The notes below the pieces were generated by a model that saw nothing but the letters and a program-made list of their open reading frames with translations, was not told the origin of the DNA and did no database searches. A program made the position numbers and the translations under genes. DNA of 64,000 nt from Heteronotia binoei (lineage: Eukaryota). Shown piece by piece: positions 11,425 through 23,215 of the stretch. The stretch lies in the NCBI RefSeq assembly GCF_032191835.1, contig NC_083230.1, positions 96,286,001-96,350,000 on the forward strand, in the 5' to 3' direction. Every line of letters begins with the position of its first letter. Position 1 is the stretch's first letter.

Positions 11425-12010
11425 AGAGCAGAGCAGCAGTCCCCGACTTGGTGCCCATAGGCACCATAGCACCCACTGAAACTTGCCTAGTGCCCACCAC
11501 ATGATTGCAGCAAGGCTTTTTTTGTAGAAAAAAACCAGCAGGAATTCATTTGCATATTAGACCTCACCCCTGAGGCCTGTGTTCCTGTGCATTCCCACTA
11601 TAAAAGCCCTGGATTGCAGCATGTAGGCTGGACCATAAGAACATAAGAGAAGCAATGTTGGATCAGGCCAATGACCCATCCAGTCCAACACTCTGTGTCA
11701 CATAGTGGCCAAAAAAACCCCAAGTGCCATCAGAAAGTTCCCAAGTGGGGCCCTTCCACTTTGCCCCCCCCAGGTGAGGCTTTGTCCAGTAAGGATTCTG
11801 ATTGACCAGCTGTTGTGCAGATTTTTTAAAAAAATGTTGCTTTGGCAGCAGCTGCACTGCAGTATCAAGATCTTCATTGTGGCAGCCATTTTGTGGCTGG
11901 ATCCACCTACTGCAACAGCCATTTTGTGCCAGCCATTTTGTGGTTGCATGCATCACACTGTATCATAATTCCAAAAGTGCCTGCAGGTTGAAAAAGGGTG
12001 GGGACTTCCA
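11425..12010. mobile_element. Charlie-like hAT MITE carrying nested CAGGGC-family MITE (about 11512-11612) and CR1 3' end (about 11635-11765)
   Basis: cagcagtccccgacttggtgccc ... caggttgaaaaagggtggggacttcc termini; nested cataagaacataagagaag CR1 tail. Confidence 0.55.
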
Positions 12011-12967
12011 GAGTAGATGTTAGACCTCCAAACTGGAGATATCTATCTTTGAGGCAGACACAGTGGACATAAGACAAGTCCTCTTACTCAGTGGAACACA
12101 GTTATTTGATACAACCCCTTGTGTTTGTGTACCCATGTGCCTGTGTCTTACAGATATACTTCATTACCACTGACCACCCCTGGAAACATTTCAGATATGT
12201 ATCTGTCTTTGTACTGCAGGAATGTACAGTTCTACTCACTTAACACAATACTCGTTCTCTCTCTCTCTCTTTGCTGGAGAAGTTAACAGTTTTACTGAGA
12301 CCTTGTCCACAGAAGCAGAAAGATCAGGCAAGGTGCAAAGCGTAGTATTATGTTCTCTGCAGGGAGCCATCGCTTTGTTATTTAAAGACAGCTCTTCATT
12401 TTGCAGCAGAAGGTCATTTCTTGTCGGAGTGATGAAATGCCCTCTCTTACCCACAAAGATTTAATTTTGAAGTGCTCATTGCCTCTCTTTGACTGGAAAA
12501 GAGCTCCCCTTACTTCTACTGTCACCATTATCCCAGCCAAAAAGGAAACCAAGAGACGTGAGCCATGTATCACCAACAGTTTTTCAAAGGCCATGTTAGA
12601 GAGATCACCAGTGGAACTCCCACTTTTTAAAAATCTCATTTGTGGTCTGTGATCAAACATGTGTTGGAGGGTTTTGAAGTGCTATTGGCAAACCCTGAAA
12701 AATTACCACTCATATATCCTCATTCTGTTGATGTTAATTGGTGGTAGAAGACCATTCCCAATACACAGTCTGGTATCCCAAGCTATCCACATCTTAGTTC
12801 TTCAAAGAGTCCCACCAAATCCACTAATGAACAAACCTTATGTTGCCTTATGTTGAGTCAGATCAGTATCACCTGACAGTGATTCTGCCAACCTCGGGTA
12901 GAGGTGTTTTATACCACCTCTAGTACCTGCTCCTGGAGATGCTGATGATAAAAACTTCTGTGCCACT

Positions 12968-13473
12968 TAGGGTTGCCAATCTCCAGGTGGGGGCAGGGGA
13001 TCCCCTAGTTCGGAGGTCCTCCCCCTGCTTCAGGGTCATCAGAAAGTGGGGGGAGGGAAGGGAAATGTCTTCTGGGAACTCTATTATTCCCTATGGAGAC
13101 TTATTCCCATAGGAAATAATGGAAAATTGATCTGTGGGTATCTGGGGCTCTGGGGAGGCTGTTTTTTGAGGGAGAGGCACCAAATTTTCAGTATAGCATC
13201 CAGTGCCTCTCCCCAAAATACCCCTCAAGTTTCAAAAAGATTGGACCAGGGGGTCCAATTCTATGAGCCCCAAAAGAAGGTGCCCCTATCCTTCATTATT
13301 TCCTATGTAGGGAAGGCATTTTAAAAGCGTGTGGTCCCTTTAAATGTGATGGCCAGAACTCCCTTTGGAGTTCAGTTATGCTTGTCACACCCTTGCTCCT
13401 GGCTCCATCCCAAAGTCTCCTGGCTCCACCCCCAAAGTCCCAGATATTTCTTGAATTGGACTTGGCAACCCTA
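12968..13473. mobile_element. hAT MITE, TAGGGTTGCCAA family
   Basis: Both TIRs present; TSD gtgccact/atgccact. Confidence 0.85.
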
Positions 13474-14013
13474 ATGCCACTTCAGGATACAAGATTCACG
13501 TGTTCATGTATTGTTTTCTGTTGCTTTCCTGGTGGCTGACAACACTCAGATATACGTAAATGGCAATATTAAGAGAATTTCTCTTAATTCCTTTTTACCC
13601 TGCTTCTCCCTGAAATCCAACATTCTGCTTCTTCAGTTCAAAGAGGGGAGGTGCAAGAAGGGAAGTTCTGCAAAATATCCGAATTTTGTTTTGCACATGC
13701 TTAGAGGCAGCCTGTGTCCTCCCAAGCCTTCCTGCCCTCCTGTTGGCTAATATCTTTATTGTGTGGAATATCAAAAACAAAACAAACAGCTTGCAAGGGC
13801 CAAAGTTACAAAAGCATGCATGGAGGTGTCACAGAAATCTGCAAAAGAGAAAATCCTCTTGAAAAAGGAGAAGAGGAACCAAATTCCCTCAAAAAGGGAA
13901 TTTCAGAAAAAGAAATTCTACTCCATGCAACATTGGCTACAAAGGCACAATACAGTACAAATATAATGATCAACAATAAGACCAAACTTTTATTTTAAAG
14001 ATTTAGAACCAAC

Positions 14014-14131
14014 CAGGGCTTTTTTTGAGCAGGAATGCACAGGAATGCAGTTCCAGCTGGCTTGGTGCCAGGGGGTGTGACCTAATATGAAAATGAGTTC
14101 TTGCTGGGCTTTTTCTACAAAGAAAGCCCTG
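14014..14131. mobile_element. Short asymmetric CAGGGCTTTTT-family MITE
   Basis: TIRs present; TSD gaaccaac/gaaccagc. Confidence 0.8.
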
Positions 14132-14314
14132 GAACCAGCAGATAAAATGCAGGAGAGGGAAGAGTGGGAGAGAACAGAAATGGTTTCTTTGCCTGGCACC
14201 TAGAACTCAGCAGACTTGGTACACGGTCAGCAACCCATTCTGGTGAGAAGAGTGCCAGAACAAGGTGTCACAGTTGGAAAGGCCCTGTGTCTACCACTCA
14301 GTCACTGTGCCTTG

Positions 14315-14981
14315 TAGGGTTGCCAAGTCCAATTAAAGAAATATCTGGGGACTTTGGGGGTGGAGCCAGGAGACATTGGGGCGGAGCCAGGAACAAGGAT
14401 GTGACAAGCATAATTGAACTCCAAGGGAGTTCTGGCCATCACATTTAAAGGGACAGCACACCTTTTTTCATAGGAAATAATGAAGGATAGGGGCACCTTC
14501 TTTTGGGGCTCATAGAATTGGACCCCCTGGTCCAATTTTTTTGAAACTTGGGGGATACCTTGGGAAGAAGCACTAGATACTATACTGGAAATTTGGTGCC
14601 TCTACCTCAAAAACCAGCTCCCCCAGAGCCCCCAAAATCTTCAGATCAATTCCCCATTATACCCTATGAGAATCGATCTCCACATAGGGAATAATGAAGT
14701 GCTCAGCAGATGTTTCCCTCCCCCCGCACACCCCATTTCTGGTGACTCTGAAGCGAGGGATTGGGATCTCTACTCACAAGTTGCTGTCAACTTCTTCAAA
14801 GTAACACAGACACACCATTCCAAGAGGAAGTCTTTCAATCGGAAACTGTAGCCTCCCGAGGTGGAAAGGCACATGGTCCTCTGGGGGCAGGGCTTTCCCC
14901 CACCGGCCAGCTGACTGGGGGCGGGAAGGAGCCTGGGAAAGCGGAAGAACCCCCACTGGGACCTGGGGATTGGCAAGTCTA
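14315..14981. mobile_element. hAT MITE, TAGGGTTGCCAA family
   Basis: TIRs; perfect TSD gtgccttg. Confidence 0.85.
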
Positions 14982-15147
14982 GTGCCTTGGTAGGTCAAGG
15001 CACAAAGAAGAGACCTTTAGCGGCAGAACTTTCCTTATGGTTGGGTTTTAAGGGATTCTTCGAGTACCTCTGCTCCTAGTCTGTTCATAGGCAATAACTA
15101 GCATTTTACATTGTGTCCAGAAGGAAATAGGTAGCTAGTGTTTAAAG

Positions 15148-15766
15148 CAGGGGTGTCAAACATATGGCCTGGGGGTCGAATCAGGCCCCTGGAGGTCTCC
15201 TATCAGGTCTCTGAGCAACTGGCTGTCCTCTGCTTCCTTCTCCCTCTCTCTTGCTTCCTTCTGCATAACAGTTAACAGTTATCAGCTTGGTTTGCCAAGC
15301 TTGCTCAATCACACAGGAGCTACAGAGCAAATCCTCTATTCTCTCCATTGGCTGAGGCTCCTTCCTTAGAGAGGAAGGGGAGGAGGGATAGCTTTCTTTG
15401 CCGGGCTTTCTCAATCACACAGCAGAGCTACTGAGCCAAGTCTCTCTTCCTTCTGTTGTCTGAGACTCCTCCCCTTCCTGGTCCCCTGGAGAAGGAAGGA
15501 AAGAGACAGAGCTTCCTTTGCCCAGTTCCCTGGATCCTGTGGGAGAAATACAAAGAAAGCACCTCTAAGACCATTGAATGCTAACGTTTTAAGCATGTTT
15601 TAAGGTTTTTTTTTAATTAATTGCATTTGCCTGTGTCCTTTATAACGTTTATATCTCTGTTACTTAATCTTAAACAGGTACACACCTGGCCTGGACTGAC
15701 ATGGCCTGGCCCAACAAGGTCTCATGTCAGATTCGGTCCTCATAACAAATGAGTTTGACACCTCTG
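15148..15766. mobile_element. Charlie-type hAT MITE (CAGGGGTGTCAAAC TIR)
   Basis: TIRs caggggtgtcaaac / gtttgacacctctg; perfect TSD gtttaaag (NTTTAAAN type). Confidence 0.9.
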
Positions 15767-15949
15767 GTTTAAAGCCTCAGTTTACTCCCAAAGCTTCCCT
15801 CCCTTTCAACAACTTAGCTAAGGTATCTGTCCTCCCAAGCAGGGAGTCTTATACCCCACTCTCCATTGGCTGTCTTCAGGAGGGGGACATATTAATCCTT
15901 ATGTGACCATGTGTTAATCCTTACCTCCTACCATGATAGGATTACAGAT

Positions 15950-16155
15950 TGAGTGGCCAGCCTCTAGGTGGGACCTGGATATCTCCCTTTTAGATCTGAT
16001 CTCCAGCTGGCAGAGATCAGCTCCCCTGGAGAAAATGGCAGCTTTAAAGGGCGGACTCTATGGCATTGTCCCATGTTGAGGCCCCTGCCCTCTCCAAACC
16101 CCTGTCTCCCAGATCCAGCCCCAAAGTCTCTAGGTATTTTCCAACGCAACCCTAG
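15950..16155. mobile_element. Short TAGGGTTGCC-family MITE
   Basis: Internal ctgatctccag...agatcagctcccctggagaaaatggcagcttt shared with copies at about 17805-17995, 19770-19970, 21000-21218, 22473-22668, 40279-40505, 54286-54592. Confidence 0.6.
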
Positions 16156-16465
16156 TTACAGATTGAGCAGAAATATTTCAACAGATAAAAGGGAGTTCAA
16201 TTGTTTTGCTTTAGGAATCCCCTGCTTATCAGTCGAATATATTGACTTACTACATATTCTCTCATAGGTAATCAGGCATGCAACTGTAGAAAAATATTTC
16301 CTCCTCCCTCTCCCTGCCCCACAAATTGCTGAAACACTTCACTCACCAACTGAAGATAAGTCTCATGGACTGAACGTTCCTGAATGCTATATAAATAGCT
16401 AACATTGCTAACCTAGCAGAGGCAATGACAAGATCACAGATTAAATGTATATTTGCACTCTTCCG

Positions 16466-16496
<31 letters not shown>
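16466..16496. repeat. Compound (CT)n(CA)n microsatellite
   Basis: tctctctctctctctctctcacacacacaca. Confidence 0.9.
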
Positions 16497-16543
16497 GTCT
16501 CCCAGACTCACAAGAGTCGAGTCCAGGGGCCAAATTAATCTGT

Positions 16544-16583
16544 TGACGTCACTGGAGCGGTGAGGGCGCAGGCCAGCTATAAA
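16544..16583 (+). promoter_or_regulatory. Candidate CRE plus TATA module
   Basis: Perfect TGACGTCA at 16544-16551 and TATAAA at 16578-16583 in a repeat-free, CpG-retaining island. Confidence 0.3.
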
Positions 16584-17099
16584 TTTATCCCCAGGTCACT
16601 AATGAGAGATCAATCACACAAGCTCTAACCTCTCAGAGGGCTCTGCAGGCACAATTCTGGCTCAGCGAATGGGAAGCTGGCATTTATTTCTCCCCACCCC
16701 CCACCCCCCAGTTACAATGCGACTGAACTGTATTTAATTTAAAAGTGATTATAATCAGTGGAGAAAATCCTGCAAATTAGGTAATTATATACTCTGCTTT
16801 CTTTGGGGGGCTTTGCTCACCATCTTGTTTTTCTGCTTCGGAAATCAAAGTGAAAACACATCGAGAATGACCCAGGTGCTCTTCATTCTAATCAGCTCAC
16901 GTCACCACTCTCGGATCGGGAGGAAACTTTCTCCCATACATCCATTCCCTCCCTCCAGTTTAAGATTTTCGGTTATTTTAAATGTGCTGCCATCATCTGA
17001 GGTACAGCTTCAGGGTTTTCTCTGAAGTGGCATCGCAGTTTTAGAAATCCATCCTTAGGGAAGCTCCAATGGTCACCCCTCTCTTCTCATGCTGACAAG

Positions 17100-17298
17100 C
17101 AGGGCTTTTTTTGAGCAGGAACGCACAGGAACACAGTTCCGGCTGGCTTGGCATCGAGGGTGTGGCCTAATATGCAAATGAGTTTCTGCTTGACTTTTTC
17201 TACAAAAAAGCCCTGCGTGAAACAATGGCGATGTTAGAGGCGTGACCTAATATGCAAATGAATTCCTGCTGGACTTTAAAACAAACAAACAAACCCCG
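17100..17298. mobile_element. CAGGGCTTTTT-family MITE, extended variant
   Basis: Perfect TSD ctgacaag; extra partial arm with a second taatatgcaaatga. Confidence 0.8.
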
Positions 17299-17479
17299 CT
17301 GACAAGAACAATCTTCTTATCTTCAGATAAGGGAGTAGCTGGACTGGCATAGTAATATCACTTTTTCTATGTTATATATTCTGGATTATTTTAGTGAGTG
17401 AAGTATCATATACAGTATGATATTTCATTAATTCTAAGTCACTTGGGGGTGGGGCTGCAATCAAATCACAGCTGATTCT

Positions 17480-17645
17480 GTAGGATTTTCAAGGCAGGAG
17501 ATGTTCAGAGGCGGTTTGCCATTGTCAGCCTTTCATCATGATCCTGGTATTCCTTGGAGGTCTCCCATCCAAATACTAATAAAGGCTGACCCTACTTAGC
17601 TTCCGAGAGCTGATGAAATCAGGCTAGCCTGGGGTATTCAGGGAC
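17480..17645 (-). mobile_element. 5S rRNA-derived SINE with RTE/Sauria-type tail
   Basis: Minus strand ggaagctaagtagggtcagcc...agtatttggatgggagacc matches 5S A/C boxes, followed by caatggcaaaccgcc tail. Confidence 0.75.
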
Positions 17646-20067
17646 TGATAAACAGGATACTAATTGTAAATACATATATCCAAGCATTTTCAACTGTTTT
17701 TATAGCACTGAGGTGGTCCAGCTGTTGCTGTTCTTGTTTACTTATGTCACCGTGATGCTAATTACTTTGACAACCATGACAAGTAGAGATGTGCAGAGTC
17801 TTTGGTTGCTTTACTTCAGGTGTGCTCTGGAGATCTCCCAGAATTACAGCTGATCTCCAGATGATAGAGATCAGTTTCACTGGAGAAAATGTCGTCTTTG
17901 GAGAATGGACTCCATGGTGTTATACCCTGCTGAGGTCCCTCCCCTCCCCAAACCCTGCCCCCAGCCCCAAGTCTAGGAATTTCCCCCACCCTAGCAGAAT
18001 CTTTGGTAAAATTTTCATGGGTATAGGGCACAAAGCTGCTACTCACAAGTTTTATGTAACTGGGTTCATTTCTTGGGAAAGTGTTTTTAGAATTACATCC
18101 ATGATCTATCGCTATTAATGGTAGACTTTTACCAGATGGAATAGGATGAAACAAGGTCCACCAATGGGGGTGCTTGCTTAATTTTACACAACAAACTAGG
18201 CACACACCAGGGTTCCCTCTGCCACTTTTCAAGGTCAGCCAAAATATGAAAGAATGACATCACCTCATGAGGTGCTCAAGATTTTTGCTGGACCCTTAAG
18301 AGAAAGTTCTAGTTAATGGCATTGGATGCATGACATGAGATTGTAACTCACCACTGTGACTCCATTACTGAGGCTTCAGTCCATTGGAGATACAGTTTGC
18401 TGTGTCCCAAGGACTCATAGTAGGTTACTGTTCCTTCCACTGATCATCTGTGTCCATTGTGGAAATGTTTTTAGCAATTTTATAGCACAACTTTCAGTAC
18501 TCAGTACAGAGTACTTCTGTTCTATCTCTCAGAGAAAGCCATTTTCTCTGAGGGAATTGACCTCTGGTGATCTGTTGTAATCGTGGGAGAACTGCACCTC
18601 CCACTAGGTTGAGAACCCTTTCTTGTCCCCGTAACGTGGCAATTATATGTAGAACTGGGCAGTTGAATCTTTTCCAAGCATGGAAGTCAATATTATCAGA
18701 GGCAGAACATTTTCCCCCTCCAGATCAGTTGGCTGCCATATATGTCCTCACAGTAACCCTCTGAGATAGGTCAAGCTGAGGAAAAATGACTTGCCCAAAA
18801 TCACCAGCAAGTTTCATTGCAAAGTGGGCTTTTCAGCTATCTAACCATTATACCACATCTTCCCTGCTGTACCACATTGGCTGTCTTCCATGCAGTAGCC
18901 CTTTCCTCTCATCTTGCTTGCTGGGAGAATAATGTGAACAGTGATGACTTTTCCTTTTCTTTCCTGTCATGGCAGGAAGCAATGGCATAGTGGAGAGACA
19001 GCAAGGCCAAGAAGCTCTAGGCATTGGCAGTGCTGGGGCATGGGTCTTGGCAGGTACCTTATAGTGCCAACCTCTGATGCAAGCCTTGATGACCATAACA
19101 TATACAAAACTGGTGAAGCCTACTCTAAGACCATCAGACTGAACAAGCTGTAAATAATTAGATGGTGCCATTTTTCTAATACAGTTCTCCAGAACTGTTG
19201 TGTTTAAATTACGTGTAGCTCTGTTATTCTAAGGAGCAATTCCATACTACAGAAGGAGGAAACACATATCCTCCCCACCCCCACTCCCATACCTGGTCCA
19301 TAGGATCCAAGAAAAATCTAGAGTATTTTGCTCTTGAAGCCACCCTTGAAATTCCTTGCATAGCCATTCCGATCTAATGCTTTGACCCTTATGTACTTGC
19401 AGGATAGCTTCAAAAAAGCAAGCCATTAATCTTTTGACCTTTCGTTGGGATTAACATCCTGTGATGGTACCGCTGGTGGGAGGAACCTCTCCAGAGAAGA
19501 GGACAGAACAAAGGGCAGCAATCAGCCATATGCAGCAGGGCATCTCTTTATGCAAAGTAGGATTTAAAGATAGAAATCCCAAGCACACAGTAGGGAATAA
19601 CGATGTCATCAAATACCCCACTACTCTGGCAATGACATATTGCAGGACGGTGTATGGTCACAATATTACAATTATTCTGGAGCCCAGTTTCAGCTTTAAG
19701 TGTGGACGACTTGCTTTGTTTTGTTGCTGTTCTTTAAATTTGATTTGCTTTTATGTTGCTTTAAAACCTGTTAAGGATATCAGCCTCCAGATGAGACCTG
19801 AGGATCCCTTAGAATTACAGCTCATCTCCCAGACTGCAGAGATCACTTCCCCTGGAGAAACTGGATGCTTTGGAGGATAGTCACTGTTGCATTGTGCCCC
19901 ACTAAGGTCCCTGTCCTCCCCAGACTCCATCCCCAAACATCCAGGAGTTTCCCAGCCAGGAGTTAGCAAACCTACTCCCCACCCTCACTGGTGGCCAGGA
20001 AGTACCTGGTAACCCTAGAACTTGTCAATGTCACACATGCCTAACCATCTGAACAAATTAAGGTGGG

Positions 20068-20535
20068 TAGCTGTACTGGTCTGAAGCAAGGGGCACCTTT
20101 AAGACCAACAAAGTTTAATTCCATGTAGAAGAAGAAGAAGAAGAAGAAGAAGAAGAAGAAGAAGAAGAAGAAGAAGAAGAAGAAGAAGAAGAAGAAGAAG
20201 ATATTGGATTTATATCCCGCCCTCCACTCCGAAGAGTCTCAGAGCGGCTCACAATCTCCTTTACCTTCCTCCCCCACAACAAACACCCTGTGAGGTGGGT
20301 GGGGCTGGAGAGGGCTCTCACAGCAGCTGCCCTTTCAAGGACAACCTCTGTGATAACTATGGCTGACCCAAGGCCATTCCAGCAGGTGCAAGTGGAGGAG
20401 TGGGGAATCAAACCCGGTTCTCCCAGATAACAGTCCGCACACTTAACCACTACACCAAACTGGCTCTACACCAGAGAGTCCGCACACTTAACCACTACAC
20501 CAAACTTTCATATGCACACACACTTCATCAGATAT
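20068..20535 (-). mobile_element. Penelope-like terminal fragment interrupted by a SINE
   Basis: gtagctgtactggtctgaagc..ggcacctttaagaccaacaaag (20068-20126) continues as ctttcatatgcacacacacttcatcagat after 20505. Confidence 0.5.
20127..20467 (-). mobile_element. Young Squam3-like SINE with about 24 GAA/TTC tail repeats
   Basis: Near-identical to the 1069 copy; (GAA)n at 20128-20200. Confidence 0.9.
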
Positions 20536-20646
20536 GAAGGATATCAAATGGAAATAATACCTTATCTACAAAACAGAGAATATAGATTGGAGTATAACAG
20601 AGAGAACAGAAATTAGAATATACATTTAATCTTTATGCATATAAAC

Positions 20647-20954
20647 CAGGGGTGGCCGAACTTGCTTAATGTAAGAGCCACATAGAATAAATGTCAGATG
20701 TTTGAGAGCCACAAGACATTAATGCTAGAGAGAGAAAGAGAGAGAGGGGGAAGGGAGGGAGGGGTGGAAAGAAAGCAGTTTTAACTTAACGTGTTTTTCA
20801 TGCCCCCATGTCAGCTGGCTTGGCTTGGAGAAGTGATTTAAAGAGAGAAATGCCTTCTCCAAGCTGGTCAACAGGGTGGTGGGGGTTTCAAGAGCCATAC
20901 AACATGTGTGAAAGAGCCACATGTGACTCCTGAGCTGCAGTTTGGCCACCTCTG
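20647..20954. mobile_element. hAT MITE (CAGGGGTGGCCGAAC TIR)
   Basis: TIRs caggggtggccgaac / gtttggccacctctg; perfect TSD atataaac. Confidence 0.9.
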
Positions 20955-21245
20955 ATATAAACTATACAGTGAACGGGTAAAGTGTGAGACTTTTTGTTCA
21001 CAGAGCTTCAGCCTCCAGGTGGTCACTGGAGGTCTCCTGGGGATAACAACTCATCTCCAAGCAACAGAGATCAGTTTTCTTGGAGAAAATGGCCGCTTGC
21101 GAAGGTGGACTCTATGGCATCATACCCCATTGAAGTCCCTCCTCTCCCCAAACACTGCCCTCCTCAGGCTGTACCCCCCCAAATCTCCAGATATTTCCTA
21201 GCCCAGGGCTGGCAGCTTTACTGGTCTGATTGAGCAGTTGTTCCT

Positions 21246-21528
21246 AGTTTGGTGTAGTGGTTAAGTGTTCAGACTCTTATCTGGGAGAACCGGGTTTGAT
21301 TCCCCACTCCTCCACTTGCACCTGCTGGAATGGCCTTGGGTCAGCCATAACTCTGTCAGAGGTTGTCCTTGAAAGGGCAGCTGCTGTGAGAGCCCTCTCC
21401 AGCCCCACCTACCTCACAGGCTGTCTGTTGTGGGGGAGGAAGGTAAAGGAGATTGTGAGCCACTCTGAGACTCTTCGGAGTGGAGGGCGGGATATAAATC
21501 CAATATCTTCTATCTTCTTCTTCTTCTT
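21246..21528 (+). mobile_element. Young Squam3-like SINE
   Basis: Full head, core and ggagggcgggatataaatccaatatcttc tail. Confidence 0.9.
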
Positions 21529-21684
21529 GCTGCACTGACAGGTGGGGAGAGGCAGTCTTTTACAGAACTGAACATTCTTTAAAGTAGAAACTACAGAGCA
21601 ATCCTATTCTTAGAGGAATTCATCAGGCCCACATTGTGGGGGGGAGAGAATGAAGTACTTGTTTCAGGCAATGAATTCCAGAGG

Positions 21685-22181
21685 GGATGATCTCCAGCGG
21701 GGTGACATGATAGAGGTTTACAAGATTATGCACAGGATGGAGAAAGTAGAGAAAGAAGTCCTTTTCTCCCTTTCTCACAGTACAAGAACTCGTGGGCATT
21801 CAATGAAATCGCTGAGCAGTCAGGTTAAAACAGATAAAAGGAAGTACTTCTTCACCCAAAGGGTGATTAACATGTGGAATTCACTGCCACAGGAGGTGGT
21901 GGCGGCTACAAGCATAGCCAGCTTCAAGAGGGGATTGGATAAAAATATGGAGCAGAGGTCCATCNNNNNNNNNNNNNNNNNNNNNNNNNNNNNNNNNNNN
22001 NNNNNNNNNNNNNNNNNNNNNNNNNNNNNNNNNNNNNNNNNNNNNNNNNNNNNNNNNNNNNNNNNNNNNNNNNNNNNNNNNNNNNNNNNNNNNNNNNNNN
22101 NNNNNNNNNNNNNNNGGCAGAGTGTTGGACTGGATTGGCCATTGGCCTGATCCAACATGGTTTCTCTTATGTTCTTATGTC
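21685..22181 (+). mobile_element. CR1 LINE 3' fragment (ORF2 C-terminus plus 3' UTR), spans a gap
   Basis: GDMIEVYKIM...TRGHSMK...RKYFFTQRVINMWNSLPQEVV...FKRGLD; tail cttatgttcttatg. Confidence 0.9.
21965..22115. other. Assembly gap (N run)
   Basis: 151 N. Confidence 1.
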
Positions 22182-22326
22182 TCTTATTTTTCCTGTTACT
22201 TTAAGTTTCTGGATCCAAACTGGCAAGGCATCATTTCAACATTTCACTTCAGGAGCAAAAAAACTGTACAGCCCACAGATGCACCATTTTCAGAATGATT
22301 TGCTGGTTTAGTTACCCTACCCACCC

Positions 22327-22435
22327 CTGGGCTTTTTTTGTAAGGAAAAACCCCAACAGGAACTATTTGCATATTAGACCACACCCCCTGACACCAAGCC
22401 AGCATGAGCTGTGTTCCTGCTCAAAAAAAGCCCTG
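22327..22435. mobile_element. Short asymmetric CAGGGCTTTTT-family MITE
   Basis: Arms match the 14014 and 29538 copies. Confidence 0.7.
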
Positions 22436-22900
22436 CTCTCCCCACAGCTTTCTAAGCAGTCCTAATATGGAAAGTAAGGTTACCAATCTCCAGGTGGGGT
22501 CTGGATTTGTCCTGAAATTACCACTGATCTCCAGACTACAGCAATCAAACTGAAAGAAAGGGCAGCTTCAAAGGACAAACTCAGTGGAATCACATCCTCA
22601 CCCAGTTTCTATCCTCTCCATACACTGCCCCAAAAATCTCCAGGAATTTTGCAAGACGATGTTAGCAACTCTTCAAGAAGCCCACAAGAGTCACTTCTTG
22701 GGTTCAGACAGACAAGCTGGTATCTGGAAAGGCAGCATATAAATCTTGTACATAAGTTATATAACTTCAAACATGCACTCAAGCATCAGTTCTTGAGGTC
22801 TAGTACAAAATCTGGAACATGGACCATTGTTGAGAGGGCACTGTGTCTAAATATTAGTGTTGGGTTAGAGTTAGGGAGGGGGATGTGGAATGATATAGCA

Positions 22901-23030
22901 TAAGAACATAAGAGAAGCCATGTTGGATCAGGCCAATGGCCCATCCAGTCCAACACTCTATGTCACACAGCGGCCAAAAAACCCAAGTGCCATCAGAAGG
23001 TCCATCAGTGGAGCCAGGACACTTGAAGCC
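22901..23030 (-). mobile_element. CR1 3' UTR fragment
   Basis: cataagaacataagagaagccatgttggatcaggccaatggccc; same at 24955-25170 and 34563-34860. Confidence 0.8.
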
Positions 23031-23040
23031 TTAGTCCACT

Positions 23041-23215
23041 CTAGTCAGAACTTGGAAGATAAGCAGGGTTGGTTCTGAGAAGGAAGACCACCAAGGAAAA
23101 CCCTGCAGAGGAAGGCAAGGGCAAACCACCTCTGCTTAACCAACCACTTGCCTTAAAACCCCGTTGGGCCATCACTATAAGTTGACTGCAACTTGATGGC
23201 ACTTTACACACACAG
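23041..23215 (+). mobile_element. Decayed 5S-derived SINE
   Basis: ggaagataagcagggttgg...ggaagaccaccaaggaa, then ggcaagggcaaaccacc RTE-type tail. Confidence 0.55.

Noticed and set aside
12222-12660. Overlapping ORFs on both strands after a pyrimidine tract
   Set aside because: No recognisable protein, frames are mutually inconsistent, and no convincing donor site
21820-22158. ORFs containing X runs (also near 36011-36355 and 56358-56699)
   Set aside because: Artefacts of translating through N gaps
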